A stretch of 37,029 nucleotides of DNA, from assembly GCA_947625925.1 (NCBI GenBank), contig CANQQC010000002.1, forward strand, positions 1 through 37,029, in the 5' to 3' direction. The stretch is from an uncultured Clostridia bacterium (lineage in GTDB: Bacteria > Bacillota > Clostridia > TANB77 > CAG-508). Below, in pieces: positions 35,455 through 37,029 of the stretch. Positions within the stretch are counted from its first letter, which is position 1. Every line of letters starts with the position of its first letter. The notes under the pieces were generated by a model. It saw only the letters and a program-made list of their open reading frames with translations. It had not been told where the DNA came from and made no database searches. The position numbers and the translations under genes were made by a program.

Positions 35455-36966
35455 TTATTTTTTTATAGTTTCATGTGCTTTGTCTTTACTTTTCTTTGAT
35501 TTTATTGATTGAATTATTATTTTTTCTGACTTATTACTTTCTCTTAATTGTTTGGCTCTATATGATTTAATAACATATTGTCCTTTATTATTAAATTTAA
35601 AAATTATACATTTTGAATATCCAGATTCATTATTTTCATACTCTTCAATAATTAAGCTCCCTTTCGTTTTATTTAAAGTTTCAAAAGTTGTAACAAATCC
35701 TATTCCACTTCCACCATCAGATTTATGTGTTGTTATTTGTTCTCTTCCTAATTTATATAGTGTACCCTTTTCAAATTCAATACCTGTATCATAAACACGA
35801 ATTTCCAAGAATTCATTATAATCAAATTGAACTAAAATTTTATGATCTTTTTCAGAGCTATATCCAATAGCAATTATAGCATTCTTTATTGTATCTGATA
35901 ATAATGTCTCAAATAAGTTTATTGGTATACTTTCTTCTACTTTGCCTCTAATATTTGTTTCAACAATAACATTAAAAGATATATTTTTCTTTGCACATTC
36001 TGTATTAAAATAATCTAATAAATTATCAATTGATTTTAATCCAGTTTTATTTATACTATTTAAGTTTTCTAATAATTCACTTGAGTATTCTTTTTCTAAA
36101 TCTTTTATTAATTTTGATGCTTCTAATACTTTTTCTCTGTCTTTTTCATCTGTAATATCTTTTGATAATTTATTTATGTATAATTCTAGAGAAGCTATTC
36201 TATTACTATATTTATGATTGATTTTTGCAATTTTATTTAGTTCTTCTTGAATATTTTCATTTTCTAATTTCTTTTCTCCTAATTCCTTCTTTAGATTATC
36301 AATTGCATCTTCCTTTAACATACCTTTATAGTATGATGTTATTTTTCTTTGTATCCATATATAGAATATTACTATCATTGTAAATACAGTTACCAACATT
36401 CTCTCATTTCTTGAATCAGTAGTATATGGTTTTAAATTATAAAAAGTTAGAAATGCTACACCAGAAAGAAAAACTGCCAATTCATAATTTCTGTTTTGTT
36501 TCTTCAAAAAAGAAAATCCATTTTTAAATCTTTTTATTTTAAATAAATAATGTATAATTATCATCTCAATAATAGTAGCTGTTAATAATATAATAATGTT
36601 TCTTCCATCTATGGAATCAAATTTCATAAAGAACATCAAAGAAATTAAAATTGATATAATATAAATAACTATAGTAATAGCTAATGATATTATTGTTATA
36701 ATGATTGAATAATCTAGATTATATTTAGTAATATATGAAAATAGTATACCTAAAGTTATACAACTAACTAATAAAATAGATGAAGGCTTTGCAGTACTAC
36801 TAACAAATGTATAACATATACTTAATAAAATACATATAATTACTAATATAATTTTATGATTATTTTTTATATCTTTAAAATTAGATACTTTCGTATACAT
36901 ATAACTTGCAATAATATTTATAACTAAATATCTAAAAAATGTATTTAAATAGTCTGCAATTTCCAT
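35455..36966 (-). CDS. Membrane sensor histidine kinase-like GHKL protein (AgrC/LytS-like, 6-7 TM)
   Basis: 6-7 N-terminal TM helices and a coiled-coil linker. Candidate H-box KINHKYSNRIASL, N-box LLSDTIKNAIIAI, and G-boxes VYDTGIEFE and DGGSGIGF. I prefer the start at the third codon of the ORF (AAAGGA plus 8 nt). Confidence 0.55.
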   Translation of the reverse strand: MEIADYLNTFFRYLVINIIASYMYTKVSNFKDIKNNHKIILVIICILLSICYTFVSSTAKPSSILLVSCITLGILFSYITKYNLDYSIIITIISLAITIVIYIISILISLMFFMKFDSIDGRNIIILLTATIIEMIIIHYLFKIKRFKNGFSFLKKQNRNYELAVFLSGVAFLTFYNLKPYTTDSRNERMLVTVFTMIVIFYIWIQRKITSYYKGMLKEDAIDNLKKELGEKKLENENIQEELNKIAKINHKYSNRIASLELYINKLSKDITDEKDREKVLEASKLIKDLEKEYSSELLENLNSINKTGLKSIDNLLDYFNTECAKKNISFNVIVETNIRGKVEESIPINLFETLLSDTIKNAIIAIGYSSEKDHKILVQFDYNEFLEIRVYDTGIEFEKGTLYKLGREQITTHKSDGGSGIGFVTTFETLNKTKGSLIIEEYENNESGYSKCIIFKFNNKGQYVIKSYRAKQLRESNKSEKIIIQSIKSKKSKDKAHETIKK

Positions 36967-37029
36967 ATACATAGTCCTTTCTTTTATATTTTCAATTGTA
37001 TTGTATATGAAAAAAGAAAAGTAGTCAAT

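Noticed and set aside
1869-36000. Many 60-128-aa ORFs antisense to long genes, for example 2332-2529, 4082-4312, 4681-4956, 8080-8457, 13478-13864, 16247-16546, 19626-19952, 23367-23564, 28076-28300 and 35552-35794
   Set aside because: All lie inside or opposite well-supported genes. They are Phe/Ile/Leu/Ser-rich, as expected for the antisense of Lys/Glu/Asn-rich coding sequence in AT-rich DNA, and they lack RBSs. They are shadow ORFs.
1-37029. Looked for tRNA/rRNA genes, CRISPR repeats, IS or transposase ends, integrases, phage genes, toxin-antitoxin pairs and signs of an alternative genetic code
   Set aside because: There are no G/C-rich cloverleaf-like islands and no regularly spaced direct repeats. 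No transposase, integrase or recombinase motifs appear in any ORF. The intergenic regions are short and are explained by promoters and terminators. Long ORFs are uninterrupted under the standard code, with Trp encoded by TGG.

Overview
This is a very AT-rich chromosomal segment, by eye roughly a quarter G+C. It looks like a low-GC Firmicute of the endospore lineage (Clostridia-like), based on gpr, ytxC, class-3 FBPase, the Asp23/AmaP/DUF2273 cluster and AddA. It uses the standard code: Trp is TGG and the long ORFs are not broken at TGA.

I count about 32 protein genes, mostly on the minus strand and mostly housekeeping. In window order they are: rqcH (5' end cut by the window edge), a 157-aa membrane protein, a 72-aa ORF, a 559-aa HExxH protein, addA, an mscS-like channel, DUF4912 plus a GH57 branching-type enzyme, ytxC, a GNAT-like ORF, gpr (frameshifted), fhs, a divergent PAP2 gene, xseB, an inserted ORF, xseA, nusB, DUF2273, amaP, asp23, fbp, a NUDIX gene, mgtA, a 305-aa unknown, dnaE, a 115-aa orphan, a GH13 alpha-amylase, dedA, two unknown envelope proteins and an AgrC-like GHKL kinase.

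I saw no rRNA, tRNA, CRISPR array, transposase, integrase or phage genes. Several near-consensus sigma-A promoters of the extended -10 type (TGnTATAAT) and several rho-independent terminators can be read directly, and they define the transcription units.

No known defence or mobile system is recognisable. The candidates most worth a second look are:
- addA has its own promoter and no adjacent addB. It is packed instead with a cytoplasmic gluzincin-like HExxH protein and a 72-aa ORF.
- A promoter-defined two-gene envelope module of unknown function (33904-35328 and 32768-33886) sits beside a kinase with no visible response regulator.
- A +1 frameshift splits the spore germination protease gene gpr.
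- A small acidic membrane ORF is wedged between xseA and xseB.
- The DUF4912 protein carries a poly-Lys/Thr tail encoded by many A7-A8 tracts.

All functional calls rest on motif recognition by eye. No database search was run.
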